64,000 bases of DNA from an uncultured Gemmatimonadales bacterium (lineage in GTDB: Bacteria; Gemmatimonadota; Gemmatimonadetes; Longimicrobiales; Longimicrobiaceae): NCBI GenBank assembly GCA_963716255.1, contig OY970303.1:8320001-8384000 (forward strand), in the 5' to 3' direction. The translations under genes and the position numbers were made by a program. The notes below the pieces were generated by a model. It was not told the origin of the DNA. It saw nothing but the letters and a program-made list of their open reading frames with translations, and ran no database searches. Position 1 is the stretch's first letter. The number at the start of each line of letters is the position of its first letter. This document shows, one piece after another, positions 52,862-63,026 of the stretch.

Positions 52862-54787
52862 CTACCGCCCCTGCTTCGCCCTCGTCTGCGGCGCGGCCCG
52901 CGCCGCGGCCACCGTGCGCGGGATGGGCGTGAGCGGGGCGGGATAGGTGTCGTACTGGCTCCACGTCAGCCGCTGCGACTGCCACCGCTCGATCAGCGTC
53001 GGCCGGGGGTCGAAGGGGAGGCCGTGCTTCTTGTTCAGGTAGAAGTTGATCGACTTGGTGGCCACCGGCCCCACGTCGCTGCCGTGCAGCCCGTGCTCGA
53101 TGATGGTGGCCACCACGATCTCCGGGTGCCCCCCCGGAGGCCCGGAGAAGCCGACGAACCAGCCGTGGTCGGGGCCGCCGGGGTTCTGGGCGGTCCCCGT
53201 CTTCCCGTACACCTTCCACCGGGGAATCGAGGAAAGGACCGCCGTGCCGGTGGGCGAGGTCACCAGCTCCAGCCCGCCCCAGAGCGCCTTGAGCCCCTGC
53301 TCGTCGAGCCCCAGGTCGATCTCGCTGGGCCCGCTGCCCGCCCCGGGGCGCGTCACCAGGTGAGGCTCGGGCGCGGTGCCGTTCCCGGCGATGGCGGAGT
53401 AGAAGTGCGCCATGTTGAGCACCGTCTGCGAGTTCGGCCCCTGCCCGATGGCGAGGCTCATCACCTCGGAGGGCGTGGGCGTGTGGCCGAACCGCTCCCG
53501 GTACCACGGGATCCCGGTGGGGAAGCGCGGCTTCGCCTCGCCCGGCAGGTCGATCCCCGAGCGGCTGGCGAAGCCCATCCGCGTCCCCTCGGCGGTCAGC
53601 TTGGCGAGCCCCAGCCGGATCCCCACCTGGTAGAAGTACACGTTGCACGACTTCTCGATCGCCCCGGCCAGGTCCAGCGAGCCGTGGCCGCCGCGGTCCC
53701 AGCAGCGGGAGTAGCGCCCCGCGTACGCCATGCCGCCGGTGCAGGCGATGGGCATGCGCGTGCCCTCCTTGAGCATCCCGGCCCGCACGCCCGCCGCCGC
53801 GGTCGCCAGCTTCCAGGTGGAGGCCGGCGGGTACAGGGCGGTGATGGTGCGGTCCAGGAGCGGCTTGGACGGGTCCGACTGGAGCGCCTTCCAGAGCGAG
53901 GTCTTGATCCCGCCCACGAACTCGTTGGGATCCACCGTGGGGTGGCTGTACATCGCCAGGATCTCGCCGGTGGAGGGCACCATGGCGACCACCGCCCCCT
54001 TCATGCTGTCCGGGAAGATCTGGTGGATGTAGTTCTGCAGGTCGAGGTCCAGGGTGAGCCTGAGGTTCTCGCCGGGCTCGGGCGCCAGCGCCCCCACCGA
54101 GGAGCGCGGGTCCACCACGCGGCCCATGGCGTCCACCTCCACGAAGCGCGCGCCGTCGCGGCCTCCCAGCTCCTTCTCGTACTCCTTCTCGATCCCCGCC
54201 TTGCCCACCCAGTTCCCCTGCTCGTAGCCGGCCTCGCGGAACTCCGGCCGGGCGAGCTCTTCCCGGGTGATCTCGCCCACGTACCCCGCGATGTGCCCGA
54301 TGGCGGGCCCGGCCGGGTAGTAGCGCATGGGGCGCTCGACGATCATCAGGTTGGGAAACGCCGCCCGCCGCTCCTCGATGGCCGCCACCTGGGGGAAGGT
54401 GGCCCGCTGGGTGATCTCCAGCAGGTCGTTGGGGCGCCCGTTGCGCTTGGTCATCAGCGCGTCCACGTCCTGGGCCGACAGCCCCAGGAACGGCATCAGG
54501 TCGCCCAGCGTTTCCCGGATCGTCTCCTCCGACGCCGGGAGGAGCGACACCGAGTAGCCGGTGATGCTGGTGGCCACCACCTCGCCGCCCCGGTCGTAGA
54601 TGGTGCCGCGGGGGGCGGGGATCTTGATGGGGCGGAGCCGGTTCTCCTCGGAGCGGGCCGCGTACTGCTTGCCGCTCAGCACCTGCGTCTGGAAGAACGC
54701 GGTCATGAGCGTGCTGATCACCAGGGTGATCATGAACACCGCGCCCAGCGTCCTGCGCTGCCGGGGATCGGGCTGGAAAAGCTTCAT
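52862..54787 (-). CDS. mrdA: penicillin-binding protein 2
   Basis: N-terminal TM, APRGTIYDR, STWK, SCN, KTGTAQ. Confidence 0.93.
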   Translation of the reverse strand: MKLFQPDPRQRRTLGAVFMITLVISTLMTAFFQTQVLSGKQYAARSEENRLRPIKIPAPRGTIYDRGGEVVATSITGYSVSLLPASEETIRETLGDLMPFLGLSAQDVDALMTKRNGRPNDLLEITQRATFPQVAAIEERRAAFPNLMIVERPMRYYPAGPAIGHIAGYVGEITREELARPEFREAGYEQGNWVGKAGIEKEYEKELGGRDGARFVEVDAMGRVVDPRSSVGALAPEPGENLRLTLDLDLQNYIHQIFPDSMKGAVVAMVPSTGEILAMYSHPTVDPNEFVGGIKTSLWKALQSDPSKPLLDRTITALYPPASTWKLATAAAGVRAGMLKEGTRMPIACTGGMAYAGRYSRCWDRGGHGSLDLAGAIEKSCNVYFYQVGIRLGLAKLTAEGTRMGFASRSGIDLPGEAKPRFPTGIPWYRERFGHTPTPSEVMSLAIGQGPNSQTVLNMAHFYSAIAGNGTAPEPHLVTRPGAGSGPSEIDLGLDEQGLKALWGGLELVTSPTGTAVLSSIPRWKVYGKTGTAQNPGGPDHGWFVGFSGPPGGHPEIVVATIIEHGLHGSDVGPVATKSINFYLNKKHGLPFDPRPTLIERWQSQRLTWSQYDTYPAPLTPIPRTVAAARAAPQTRAKQGR

Positions 54788-54800
54788 GGTGCCATCGGTT

Positions 54801-55748
54801 TCACGGTGTGCGCCTCCCGCCCGGCCGCCCCGGCGGGTGGTCCGGGGTCCGGCGGAAGGGCCGTCCCATCCCCTGTTCTACGTCGCGGCGAAGGGCGGGT
54901 TCCCCCGCCTCCAGCCGTCCCGCGAGCGCGTCGTGCCACTCCGCCACGCGGCGCCGCAGCCGGTCCACGAGCGCCGCGGCCCGGCGCGCTCCGCCCGGCG
55001 GCGCCCCCACCGGGGCCTCGTCGTCGCGCCCCGCGGGCCCGTACGACTCCGCCGCCCAGCAAAAGACCGGCGCGAAGCCCGGCGGGATCCCCCCGGCGGT
55101 GCCGCGGCGGGCCAGGAAGCGCCGCACGGCGTCGCCGCGGCGCGGGCGCGTCTCGCCCGCCAGCAGGAGCCCCGCGGTGCAGAGCCTCACTAGGTCGTCG
55201 CGCATGCGCTTCCACGCTGCGCCGTGCTCCCCCGCGAGCAGGTGCCCGGAAGCTTCCTCGCCGCCCTCGCGCACGCGCGCGAGCAGCGCCTCGGTGCAGC
55301 AGAGCGCGTCCGCCGGGGTGAACGGCAGCGGCAGCGGCGGCGCGCCCGGCGGCCAGAGCGGGATCCCGTCGTCCAGCGCGTCCACCAGCATGGGCGTGCG
55401 GTTTCCGGGCTCCAGGTCCACCCGCGACACCGACCACACCGTCACCGGCACCGCCGTGTCCGCCGCCACCCGCTCCGCGAGCGCCTCCGCCATCCCCGCC
55501 TGCGGCTCGCGGTCCGGCGGGAGCCGCCAAAAGACCAGGAGCACGTCCACGTCGGAGTCGGGGCGGGCCTCGCCGCGCGCCTTGGAGCCGAACACGAAGG
55601 CCCGGGCCAGCTCGGCCGGCACCGCTGCCCGGACGCGGCGCACCAGCTCCAGCGCCGCTGCCCGCTCCCGCGGCCGCAGCACGGCGAACCGCGACGGCCC
55701 GCCGCGCCGCGCATCGTCTCCGCTTCCCCCGCCTCGCCTCGTGCGCAT
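54801..55748 (-). CDS. minimal nucleotidyltransferase domain protein with helical (HEPN-like) C-terminus
   Basis: FGSKARGEARPDSDVDVLL MNT motif. Confidence 0.78.
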   Translation of the reverse strand: MRTRRGGGSGDDARRGGPSRFAVLRPRERAAALELVRRVRAAVPAELARAFVFGSKARGEARPDSDVDVLLVFWRLPPDREPQAGMAEALAERVAADTAVPVTVWSVSRVDLEPGNRTPMLVDALDDGIPLWPPGAPPLPLPFTPADALCCTEALLARVREGGEEASGHLLAGEHGAAWKRMRDDLVRLCTAGLLLAGETRPRRGDAVRRFLARRGTAGGIPPGFAPVFCWAAESYGPAGRDDEAPVGAPPGGARRAAALVDRLRRRVAEWHDALAGRLEAGEPALRRDVEQGMGRPFRRTPDHPPGRPGGRRTP

Positions 55749-55804
55749 CGCTGGTGTATCTCGCAAGTCGCGTTCCGGGTGGAACGGACTGATACGACTG
55801 ATTC

Positions 55805-55937
55805 GGGCGTGCCCCCGGCGGGCGCCGGGGTCGGGCTGCGGCTCCGTAGGGCTGCAAACAACGCAGCTGGGCGGAGTCGAGCCCCGGCGGAAACAGCCCT
55901 GCCGGGTCTCGCCCCTTCGGGCCGAAATCCCTCACGC
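55805..55937 (+). repeat. ~130-bp structured repeat, copy K
   Basis: Same termini and architecture. Confidence 0.95.
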
Positions 55938-55967
55938 GGGGTTCGTGCTGGTGTCCGCGAGGGCGGG

Positions 55968-56021
55968 CCCCCTCACCCCCCGGCCCCCTCTCCCCCGCAA
56001 GCGGGGGAGAGGGGGGAGAAC
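55968..56021 (+). repeat. secondary palindromic module CCCTCTCCCCCGCAAGCGGGGGAGAGGG
   Basis: Perfect hairpin; related copies at 25970 and 32044. Confidence 0.8.
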
Positions 56022-56108
56022 GGCACGAGTCCCCTTAAGCGGCGAACGGGAGTCCGGCGTGCCGCCGGGCTCCCGTCCCTTCCCGTCTCCTTGCCGGCCG
56101 TCGGAGGG

Positions 56109-56891
56109 TCAGTCCTTGGCCGCCGTGGCGGTGCGCTCCACGCCCAGCGTCTCGGCGATCCCCACCTTGAAGACGCCCCGGGCCTGGCGGGCCTGCGCCA
56201 CCAGGCCGTTCACCGCGGCGCGGTCCAGCCGCGACACATCGTACCCGGCCGCGATCAGCGCCTGGATCACCGCCTCGGTGTGGATGCGGTTGTAGCGGTA
56301 CACGTCGCGGTACACGCGAAGCTCGCCGCCGCGCACCACCACCGGCTGGTAGGTGATCTCCAGCGGGACCGGGCTGCGGAAGGTGGAGTTGCGCGTGGCG
56401 CTGGGCCGGGCCAGGATCCCCCGGATCTCGGAAACGGCCACGGTGGCATTGGCGCGCTGGTGCAGCAGCGTGGCCAGCTCGATCACGTCCGCGTTGCGCA
56501 TCCGCACGCACCCGTGCGACGCCGGCGTCCCCAGGTCCTTCTCGTGCGGGGTGCCGTGCAGGTAGTAGTACGGTGCGAAGAACAGCTTGACGCGCCCCAT
56601 GGGGTTGTTGGGCCCCGGGGGCGTCACCTTGTCGTCCTTGGCCCAGTCGCGCGCCGGCGGACGCCACCACGGGTTCCACTCCGCCCGCTGGACGGTGAAG
56701 TCACCGGCGGGGGTGTCGTGCCCGGGAAGCCCGGGAGAGACCGGGTACTCCTTGACCACGCGGTCGCCGTCGTGGACGCGGAGGAGCAGTTCCGGGATGT
56801 TGAGGCTCAGGCGCAGCTCCCCGGCGTCCTGCGCGTGGAGTGGGGCGGCGGCGAGCGCGAGCGCGGCCAGGACGGACCGGAAGATCTTCAT
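56109..56891 (-). CDS. L,D-transpeptidase (YkuD family)
   Basis: Signal peptide; PPGPNNPMG, LHGT...ASHGCVRM. Confidence 0.93.
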   Translation of the reverse strand: MKIFRSVLAALALAAAPLHAQDAGELRLSLNIPELLLRVHDGDRVVKEYPVSPGLPGHDTPAGDFTVQRAEWNPWWRPPARDWAKDDKVTPPGPNNPMGRVKLFFAPYYYLHGTPHEKDLGTPASHGCVRMRNADVIELATLLHQRANATVAVSEIRGILARPSATRNSTFRSPVPLEITYQPVVVRGGELRVYRDVYRYNRIHTEAVIQALIAAGYDVSRLDRAAVNGLVAQARQARGVFKVGIAETLGVERTATAAKD

Positions 56892-56944
56892 GCGGCTACG
56901 GGTGCGGATGGCGGGAAGCGGCAACGAGTTGCGCCGGGGCGAAG

Positions 56945-56960
56945 GGCAATCGCCGTGCCG
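56945..56960 (-). promoter_or_regulatory. sigma54-type promoter for the L,D-transpeptidase gene
   Basis: Minus strand CGGCACGGCGATTGCC, near-consensus. Confidence 0.6.
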
Positions 56961-57178
56961 GCCGCGGCGCCCGGGAAAGATAACGGCAAGCGGGCGCGGG
57001 GGGAGCCCCCGGCGAGGCAGCCCGACGCACGAGAGCCGCGCCGCGGGGGTCGCGGCGCGGCTCTCGCCGTTCATCGGTCAACCAGGGACTCGAGCCCCGG
57101 ACCTCGCGTGCGTGGCGCCTGCGCGGACGCCGCCGGCCGCCACCCGCTGCCGTCCACCCCGCGAATCGCCGGCTGCAG

Positions 57179-57520
57179 CTAGTCCAGCAGGTAGATGCGG
57201 GAAACGTGCATGCACCCGGTGACGCCGTCGCTCGTCCGCACCTGCCACCAGAGACCTTCCTGCTGGAAGGTCCGGAACACCTCGCCCTCGTACACCGCGG
57301 TCAGGATCTCGCTGGTCCCCGACGGAGCGCGCCGGACGTTGGTGAAGCCGTCCGGATCTTGGATCGATGCCCGCCGGTCGAAGACGGGCGCCTCCCGCCC
57401 CTCCGCGGGTACGGCGTCGCCGCCGGCGCCGGCCGGCTCGGCGCGCCGCGCCTCGGCGGACGCATCGCCCACCCACACGGTCTCCGCCGTCTCCAGCCAC
57501 GAATCGTTTCGCGCCTTCAT
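57179..57520 (-). CDS. SH3b domain protein
   Basis: DPDGFTNVRRAPS..SEIL, WWQV...GVTG.MH.SRI. Confidence 0.75.
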   Translation of the reverse strand: MKARNDSWLETAETVWVGDASAEARRAEPAGAGGDAVPAEGREAPVFDRRASIQDPDGFTNVRRAPSGTSEILTAVYEGEVFRTFQQEGLWWQVRTSDGVTGCMHVSRIYLLD

Positions 57521-57672
57521 GGCGGGACCTCCAGGATGAGCCGCAGAGGCGAGGCAGAGAAGCGCGGGCGGCAACCGCCCCGGAGCGGCGGCCAAATATC
57601 GGGCCCGGAACGAGGCGACGCCAGGAAATCGTCCGCGGTTCCCGCGAGGATGCCGGGAAACAAGCAACAAGC

Positions 57673-57709
57673 AAAAGGTCCCGCGCACGGAAGCCGTGGC
57701 GGGACCTTT
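57673..57709 (-). terminator. intrinsic terminator of the tRNA operon
   Basis: AAAGGTCCCGC/GCGGGACCTTT stem with T tail. Confidence 0.75.
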
Positions 57710-57721
57710 GTCGTACGTAAG

Positions 57722-57795
57722 TGGTCGATCAGGGACTCGAACCCCGGACCTCTCGCATGTGAGGCGAGCGCTCTAACCAACTGAGCTAATCGACC
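57722..57795 (-). tRNA. tRNA-Val(CAC)
   Basis: GGTCGATTAGCTCAGTTGG...CTCACAT loop...GTTCGAGTCC...ATCGACCA. Confidence 0.95.
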
Positions 57796-57886
57796 GTATC
57801 GCAGGCCGGGGGGTACCCGCGCCTGCGCCAGGAAGTGGGCTGCTGCCTGCGGGGCCCTGACCCTTTGCCTCCCAGTCCTCTTTCCA

Positions 57887-57960
<74 letters not shown>

Positions 57961-57974
57961 ACACGTTGATCAAG

Positions 57975-58047
57975 TACCCCGTAGGGGAATCGAACCCCTG
58001 TTTACGCCGTGAGAGGGCGTTGTCCTAGGCCACTAGACGAACGGGGC
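57975..58047 (-). tRNA. tRNA-Glu(CTC)
   Basis: GCCCCGTTCGTCTAGTGGCCTAGGAC...CTCTCAC loop...GTTCGATTCC. Confidence 0.95.
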
Positions 58048-58068
58048 CTCAACTCCAAATAGCCACCC

Positions 58069-58097
58069 AACTTACCCCGTTCTCGCCGGCCTGTCAA
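58069..58097 (-). promoter_or_regulatory. sigma70-type promoter of the tRNA-Glu/fMet/Val operon
   Basis: TTGACA-17 nt-TAAGTT. Confidence 0.7.
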
Positions 58098-58112
58098 GGC
58101 CTCAACCGGGAG

Positions 58113-58154
58113 AGGCGCCGCCCGGATTCGAACCGGGGGTCGAGGATTTGCAGT
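58113..58154 (-). mobile_element. 3' half of tRNA-Cys(GCA): probable att site of an integrated element extending to the right
   Basis: ACTGCAAATCCTCGACCCCCGGTTCGAATCCGGGCGGCGCCT is present; D arm and 5' acceptor strand are absent. Confidence 0.8.
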
Positions 58155-58710
58155 TATATCTAGCCGTTTTCGTCCGTTTGCGCAAGTCGGCATTTTCCCT
58201 GCTGCCACGCGGGTTTTCGCCCTCCCCGCTCCACATCCGAATACCACTTGGTCGCGTCGGTTTCCAGGCTCCTGGCCCCACGGGTGGCCCCCACGATTGC
58301 GAGCCATGACAGAGGGTCGGCAGTAGCGCGGGAGCGGGGACCAACCCCCGTCCTACCAGCCACCCTAAGCCGCCTGCCCTTAGGTCCACCGGCGGGGTAA
58401 AGGTAAGGGAAGTACCGTGGCCGGACTAGTTGGCTCAGGTCGCCGGTCCGCCACTTCACCCAACCGCTGTACTCGGCCTCCGGGAAGGTCCAGCCCTGGC
58501 TCATGGTGCTGGCGATCCACACGGCCGGAGGTAAGCCACCACATCAAAACGGACGAGTCAGATGGCGCGCGCAAACCGAGGTTCGGGGCTCGCCGGCCCC
58601 GGGCAGGCAGTACCAGCCGAATTGCACCGTCGAATGGAGGAACGGGAAGTGTTGGCGACCACCGGGCGTGAGGAGCAGGACGGAAGCCACTCACAGGGGA
58701 GCCGGACACC

Positions 58711-59190
58711 ATGAGCGCATCGAAATGGCGGGGCTGGCTCCAGACCATCCCGACCGACATGCCCGACATGCCCGACGAGTACCCCGTACCAATCCCGGCG
58801 GGAGTGCCGCGGGAGCTGGCCGCCCCCGTCCGTGAGGAGGACCCGCCCGCAGCCCCAGCCGACCAGGAGGCGGCAGAGCCGAGCTGGAGGGAGCGGCTTT
58901 GGACTGCACCAGCCGAGACCCGGGTCGGCCCGGCTGAGGTGTGTGAAGCGCTGGGGAGGCCGCGCAGCTGGCTGTACCGCCACACGTCGAAGAAGAGCAC
59001 CACCGGAGACGGGGCGTACTCCCGCATCCCTCACCGTAAGCTGGAGGCCGACCTGGTGTTCGTGGTGAGCGAGCTACGCGAGTGGATCCGGCAGAATGAG
59101 GACGTCGTGCAGGGGAACCACGCCGAGCGCTCCGCGGCCGAGCGGGGACACCTGCGCGAAATCCCCACTCGCCGCACAGGGGCTCGCTGA
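58711..59190 (+). CDS. excisionase/AlpA-like winged-HTH protein
   Basis: [18 protein letters not shown]...IPHRKL...LVF..SELREWI. Confidence 0.7.
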   Translation: MSASKWRGWLQTIPTDMPDMPDEYPVPIPAGVPRELAAPVREEDPPAAPADQEAAEPSWRERLWTAPAETRVGPAEVCEALGRPRSWLYRHTSKKSTTGDGAYSRIPHRKLEADLVFVVSELREWIRQNEDVVQGNHAERSAAERGHLREIPTRRTGAR

Positions 59191-59435
59191 CGGGCAGGAA
59201 GGCGATGTTCGCGCGGATAGTCCGCTCCGCCTTGCGCGCGAGCCGGATCGTGGTCGCGAGCCTGGAAAGGTCGTCCACGATCAGCGCGATATCGGCCGTC
59301 TCCAACGCCATGTCGGTGCCACCCGCCCCCATCCCCCGCCCCATCGCCACGCCCCCATTTGCCACGCCCACCTTGGCCGCCGCCAAGCGCGGGCGCGTCG
59401 TTGACCCCGTCGCCCACGAAGAGCACCGCGCCGTG
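59191..59435 (-). pseudogene. fragment of a heavy-metal P1B-type ATPase
   Basis: [12 protein letters not shown], frameshift, then [19 protein letters not shown]...RANIAF. Confidence 0.8.
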
Positions 59436-60303
59436 CCCCGTTCGAGGGTTCAGGTCGCACTGGGGGGCATGCGGACCGGCCGTCCGGATCTTCATGGCTC
59501 AGTATGAGGCGACCGTCGGGCGCCTCTTCCCCGGCCTGTACCACCTTCACGTCGTGTACGACTACCGACGCCTGCGCGCCAAGGAGCAGCGGGCCACGGA
59601 CGAGCCCCGCTCGCCGTCCGACCAGTGGCAGGACCACGGTGCGGGCACGCACCAGGTCCGCGTGCGGTGACTCTCCGCGGGCCGTGAGTCGCCGTCCGGC
59701 CACACCGACCCGATGCACCGCTCTGTCCCGGTGACAAGAACCGTGCGTGCCTCACCCTGGTGGCCGCTTCGCCTTCCCAGGACCGCGTCTCGATTCACTG
59801 CATCGGTCCGCGCCCGTTCCCCGTCGGCGCATCCTTCTCTGCTCGCGCCAACCGTCTGAGTCCCGGAACCTCATTCCTCCCGACACGCCGGCATGGCCGG
59901 GGGGCGGCGCAGTGCGCCGCCCCCCGGCCCTCTATTGCTTGCGCTGTAACGCTTTCTCCGCACATGGGGTAATCCAAAATGACGCAGAAGCGACGACCCG
60001 CTCCGAGTCGGTGTCCCGACCGGCGAGGACCGCGTCGGACACGGTGGCCCGCGGCGCGCGCTTCCCCCCGGTCGCCTGCTCCACCCCCGCGCGCCGGCGG
60101 CCGGGACGACCGAGTCGACCTCCACGGTGATCCGGGCCGGGGTGGGGGTCGCTTCCACCGAGTCCCCGGCCACCTTGGCCCCGTACCCGTGTGGCGCCTG
60201 GGCCCGGCCGCAGCGGCTCGAGGAAGGCCGCCTTAGTGAAGGAGTAGCGCCCCCCACGGTCGCTCTTGACTTCCCTTCCCGCCGCCGCTACTCATTCGCC
60301 CAG

Positions 60304-60317
60304 GGTGAAATTTCACC
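60304..60317. promoter_or_regulatory. perfect palindrome GGTGAAATTTCACC, putative BlaI-family operator
   Basis: Upstream of the blaI-like gene; second copy at 62991. Confidence 0.7.
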
Positions 60318-60368
60318 ACCCCGTATTTTCATCACTCTGTATCGACGCCATCATCCAGGGAGCACCGC

Positions 60369-60764
60369 GTGGCCAGGTCCCCCGATGCGAAGCTCAGCCG
60401 CCGCGAGCGGCAGATCATGGACATCATCTACCGTCGCGGGCGGGCGACCGCCGCGGAGGTGATGGGCGACCTCCCGGACCCGCCCACCAACGACGCGGTC
60501 CGCGCGGCGATCCGGCTGCTGGAGTCCAAGGGCCATCTCAAGCACGAGGAAGACGGGCCGCGCTACGTTTACCTGCCCACGGTGCCGCGGGAAGCCGCCA
60601 GCCAGTCCGCGCTGAGGCACATCGTGCGCACCTTCTTCAACAGCTCGCCCGAGCTGATGGTGACGGCGCTCTTCGAGAGCGACGACGTGCGGCCATCCGC
60701 GCAGCAGTTGGACCGCATCGCCGCGCTCATCGAGCAGGTCCGGAAGCAGGACGGGAAGTCGTGA
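60369..60764 (+). CDS. BlaI/MecI/CopY family transcriptional repressor
   Basis: LSRRERQIMDIIY, LLESKGHL, GPRYVY, TFFNSS. Confidence 0.92.
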   Translation: MARSPDAKLSRRERQIMDIIYRRGRATAAEVMGDLPDPPTNDAVRAAIRLLESKGHLKHEEDGPRYVYLPTVPREAASQSALRHIVRTFFNSSPELMVTALFESDDVRPSAQQLDRIAALIEQVRKQDGKS

Positions 60765-62935
60765 GCGGACCGATAGAGCTCGCCGCTCTCTCGCCGGACG
60801 CGGCGCACTGGGGGGGCCTCCTGGTGACCGCCGGGGTGAAGAGCGGGGCTGTCCTGGTGCTGGCACTGACCCTGGCCCGCCTCCTCCGTGGCGCCTCCGC
60901 GGCGCTGCGCCACCTGGCCCTCAGCACCGCGCTCGCTGCGGCGCTGGCGCTGCCGCTCCTCTCGGCCGTCGTGCCCGCCTGGCAGGTGCGCGTCCTTCCC
61001 GCGCTGCCGAACGGGCCGTGGGCCCGCCCGGCTGCCGGGACCGCTCCGGCGGCGACTCCGTCCGCGGAAGCCGCCCGCCCCGACGGGGCCGCGCCCCGGA
61101 CGGCGGTCGGCGCGCCCGGCGCACTCCCGGATGGGGCGAATGCGGCCGCCGGACCGGCCGGGTGGAGCCTGCCGGAGGCGCTCGGCTACCTCTGGCTCCT
61201 GGGCGTCGGAGTGCTCCTGGTGCGGCTGGGGGCCGGCTGTCTGCGGCTGCGGTCGCTGGCGCGCGGCGCGGAGCCGCTCCACGACGAGGGCTGGGCCCGG
61301 CTCGCTGGGCGGGTGGCCGGACAGCTGGGGCTCGCCGGGCCGGTCCCGCTCCGCCGCTGCCGGGCGGAGGTGGTGCCGATGGTGTGGGGCGTGCTCCGTC
61401 CGGTGGTCCTCCTCCCCGCGGGGTGCCGCGCGTGGACGGATGACCGGCGGGAGGTGGTGCTTCTCCACGAGATGGCGCACGTCCGGCGCCGCGACCCCCT
61501 GGCGCACGTCGTCGCCCAGCTCTGCCAGGCCGTCTACTGGTTCAATCCCCTGGTCTGGATGACGGAGCGGCGCCTGCGCGAGGAGCGCGAGCGCGCCTGC
61601 GACGACCACGTGCTGAGCGCCGGCGCCGACGCCACCGAGTACGCCAGCCACCTGCTGCAGATCGTCCGCTCCTTCGGGACGGGCACGTCCGCGTCCCCCG
61701 CCCTGGCGATGGCCAGGCGCTCCCAGTTCGAGGGGCGCATGCTCGCGATCCTCGACCCCGGGCTTCGCCGCTCCAGGATCTCGCGCGCGACGGCGGGGTG
61801 GATGGGGACGCTCACGCTGCTCGCGGTGCTCCCGCTCGCCGCGCTGACCCCGGTCGCACGGCCGGTGGAGGGGGCCGCCACCGAGGCGCCGTACGGCCTG
61901 GGCGGGCCGCTGGTCATCCCCACCTTCCCGGACTCGGCGCCGCTCCAGATCCGCGCGGTCGCGCTCCAGTACCGGATCCCGGAGGAGCTGGCCGCGGCCA
62001 TCGTCCGCGCGGCGCGCGACGAGGGGCTGGACCTCGGGCTCGCGGTGCTCCTCGTCCGCACCGAGAGCGGCTTCCGCGAGGACCTGGTCACCCCCTGGGG
62101 CGCCGTCGGGCTCACGCAGACGCTGCCGTCCACCGCGGCGGCGCTGGAGCCGGGGATTACCCGAGCGAGGCTCGCCGAGCGCGACACCAACCTGCGCCTC
62201 GGCTTCCGCCACCTGCGCACGCTGCTGGAGCGCTACGAGGGGGACGCGGCGCTGGCGCTGACCGCGTACCACACCGGCCCCCGCGCGGTCGAGCGGATGC
62301 GCGACGCAGGGATCGGGAGCGCCGCCGTGGGCACCGGCGGCGAGGAGGGCGCGCCCGCAGCGGAGACGCGGCGGCAGGCACCGCCGCGGACCCAGACCGA
62401 CCGCATGGTGGACATGATCGCCGGGGACGGCGACAGGGCCGCCTTCCTCCTCGCCTCGCTCGACGGCTCCCCCGGCGAGGCCCTCTTCCTGGACGTAATC
62501 CGCGCGAGCGCGCGGATCGGCGCCGGGGGAGACCGGCGCCGGGTGCTCCTGGCCGTGCTGTCCCGGCGGGTCCCCGGGGAGGCCGCGCTCGCGGCGGCGG
62601 TAGACGCCACCGCGGGGATGGCGGACGGAGACCGGGCGGCGGTTCTTCTCGCCGCGGTCGGCCGCCATGGGCTCCCGGGCGGCGCCGCGGCGGAGGAGCG
62701 CCTGCTGGGACACGTGCTGGACGGAGCGGCACAGATCGGCTCCGACGGCGACAGGGTGGGCGTCCTCATCGCCGTGGCGAAGACCGGCCCGCTCTCCGCG
62801 TCGCTGGAGGGGCGCTACCGCGCGGTGGCCGGGACGCTGCGGTCGGAGGGGAGCCGCCGGGCCGCCCTCTCGGCCCTCGCCGGGGACGGAGCCGCGCGGA
62901 TCGGTCGCGGAGCGCCCCCTCCGCCGGCACCGTGA
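60761..62935 (+). CDS. BlaR1-like M56 metallopeptidase fused to an SLT lytic transglycosylase domain and C-terminal helical repeats
   Basis: TM helices, HEMAHVRRRD, WFNPLVW, ERERACDD; then VRTESGF, GAVGLTQ, NLRLG, ALTAYHTGP; then GD(R/K)xxxL repeats. Confidence 0.88.
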   Translation: MSGPIELAALSPDAAHWGGLLVTAGVKSGAVLVLALTLARLLRGASAALRHLALSTALAAALALPLLSAVVPAWQVRVLPALPNGPWARPAAGTAPAATPSAEAARPDGAAPRTAVGAPGALPDGANAAAGPAGWSLPEALGYLWLLGVGVLLVRLGAGCLRLRSLARGAEPLHDEGWARLAGRVAGQLGLAGPVPLRRCRAEVVPMVWGVLRPVVLLPAGCRAWTDDRREVVLLHEMAHVRRRDPLAHVVAQLCQAVYWFNPLVWMTERRLREERERACDDHVLSAGADATEYASHLLQIVRSFGTGTSASPALAMARRSQFEGRMLAILDPGLRRSRISRATAGWMGTLTLLAVLPLAALTPVARPVEGAATEAPYGLGGPLVIPTFPDSAPLQIRAVALQYRIPEELAAAIVRAARDEGLDLGLAVLLVRTESGFREDLVTPWGAVGLTQTLPSTAAALEPGITRARLAERDTNLRLGFRHLRTLLERYEGDAALALTAYHTGPRAVERMRDAGIGSAAVGTGGEEGAPAAETRRQAPPRTQTDRMVDMIAGDGDRAAFLLASLDGSPGEALFLDVIRASARIGAGGDRRRVLLAVLSRRVPGEAALAAAVDATAGMADGDRAAVLLAAVGRHGLPGGAAAEERLLGHVLDGAAQIGSDGDRVGVLIAVAKTGPLSASLEGRYRAVAGTLRSEGSRRAALSALAGDGAARIGRGAPPPPAP

Positions 62936-62990
62936 CCGGCCCGGGCGAGCCCGGCCGGCCCACGCGCGATTGATCCGCACGTCCCGGCAT

Positions 62991-63004
62991 GGCGAAATTT
63001 CACC
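62991..63004. promoter_or_regulatory. second copy of the operator palindrome (GGCGAAATTTCACC)
   Basis: 13/14 identity to 60304-60317; both are followed by AC. Confidence 0.65.
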
Positions 63005-63026
63005 ACTTTTTTCCACGAGGATCCAG

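Noticed and set aside
58113..58190. Intact tRNA-Cys
   Set aside because: There is no D arm, no 5' anticodon-stem strand and no 5' acceptor strand.
58160..58522. ORF next to the att site as an integrase remnant
   Set aside because: No tyrosine recombinase R-H-R-Y motifs are recognisable and codon bias is weak.
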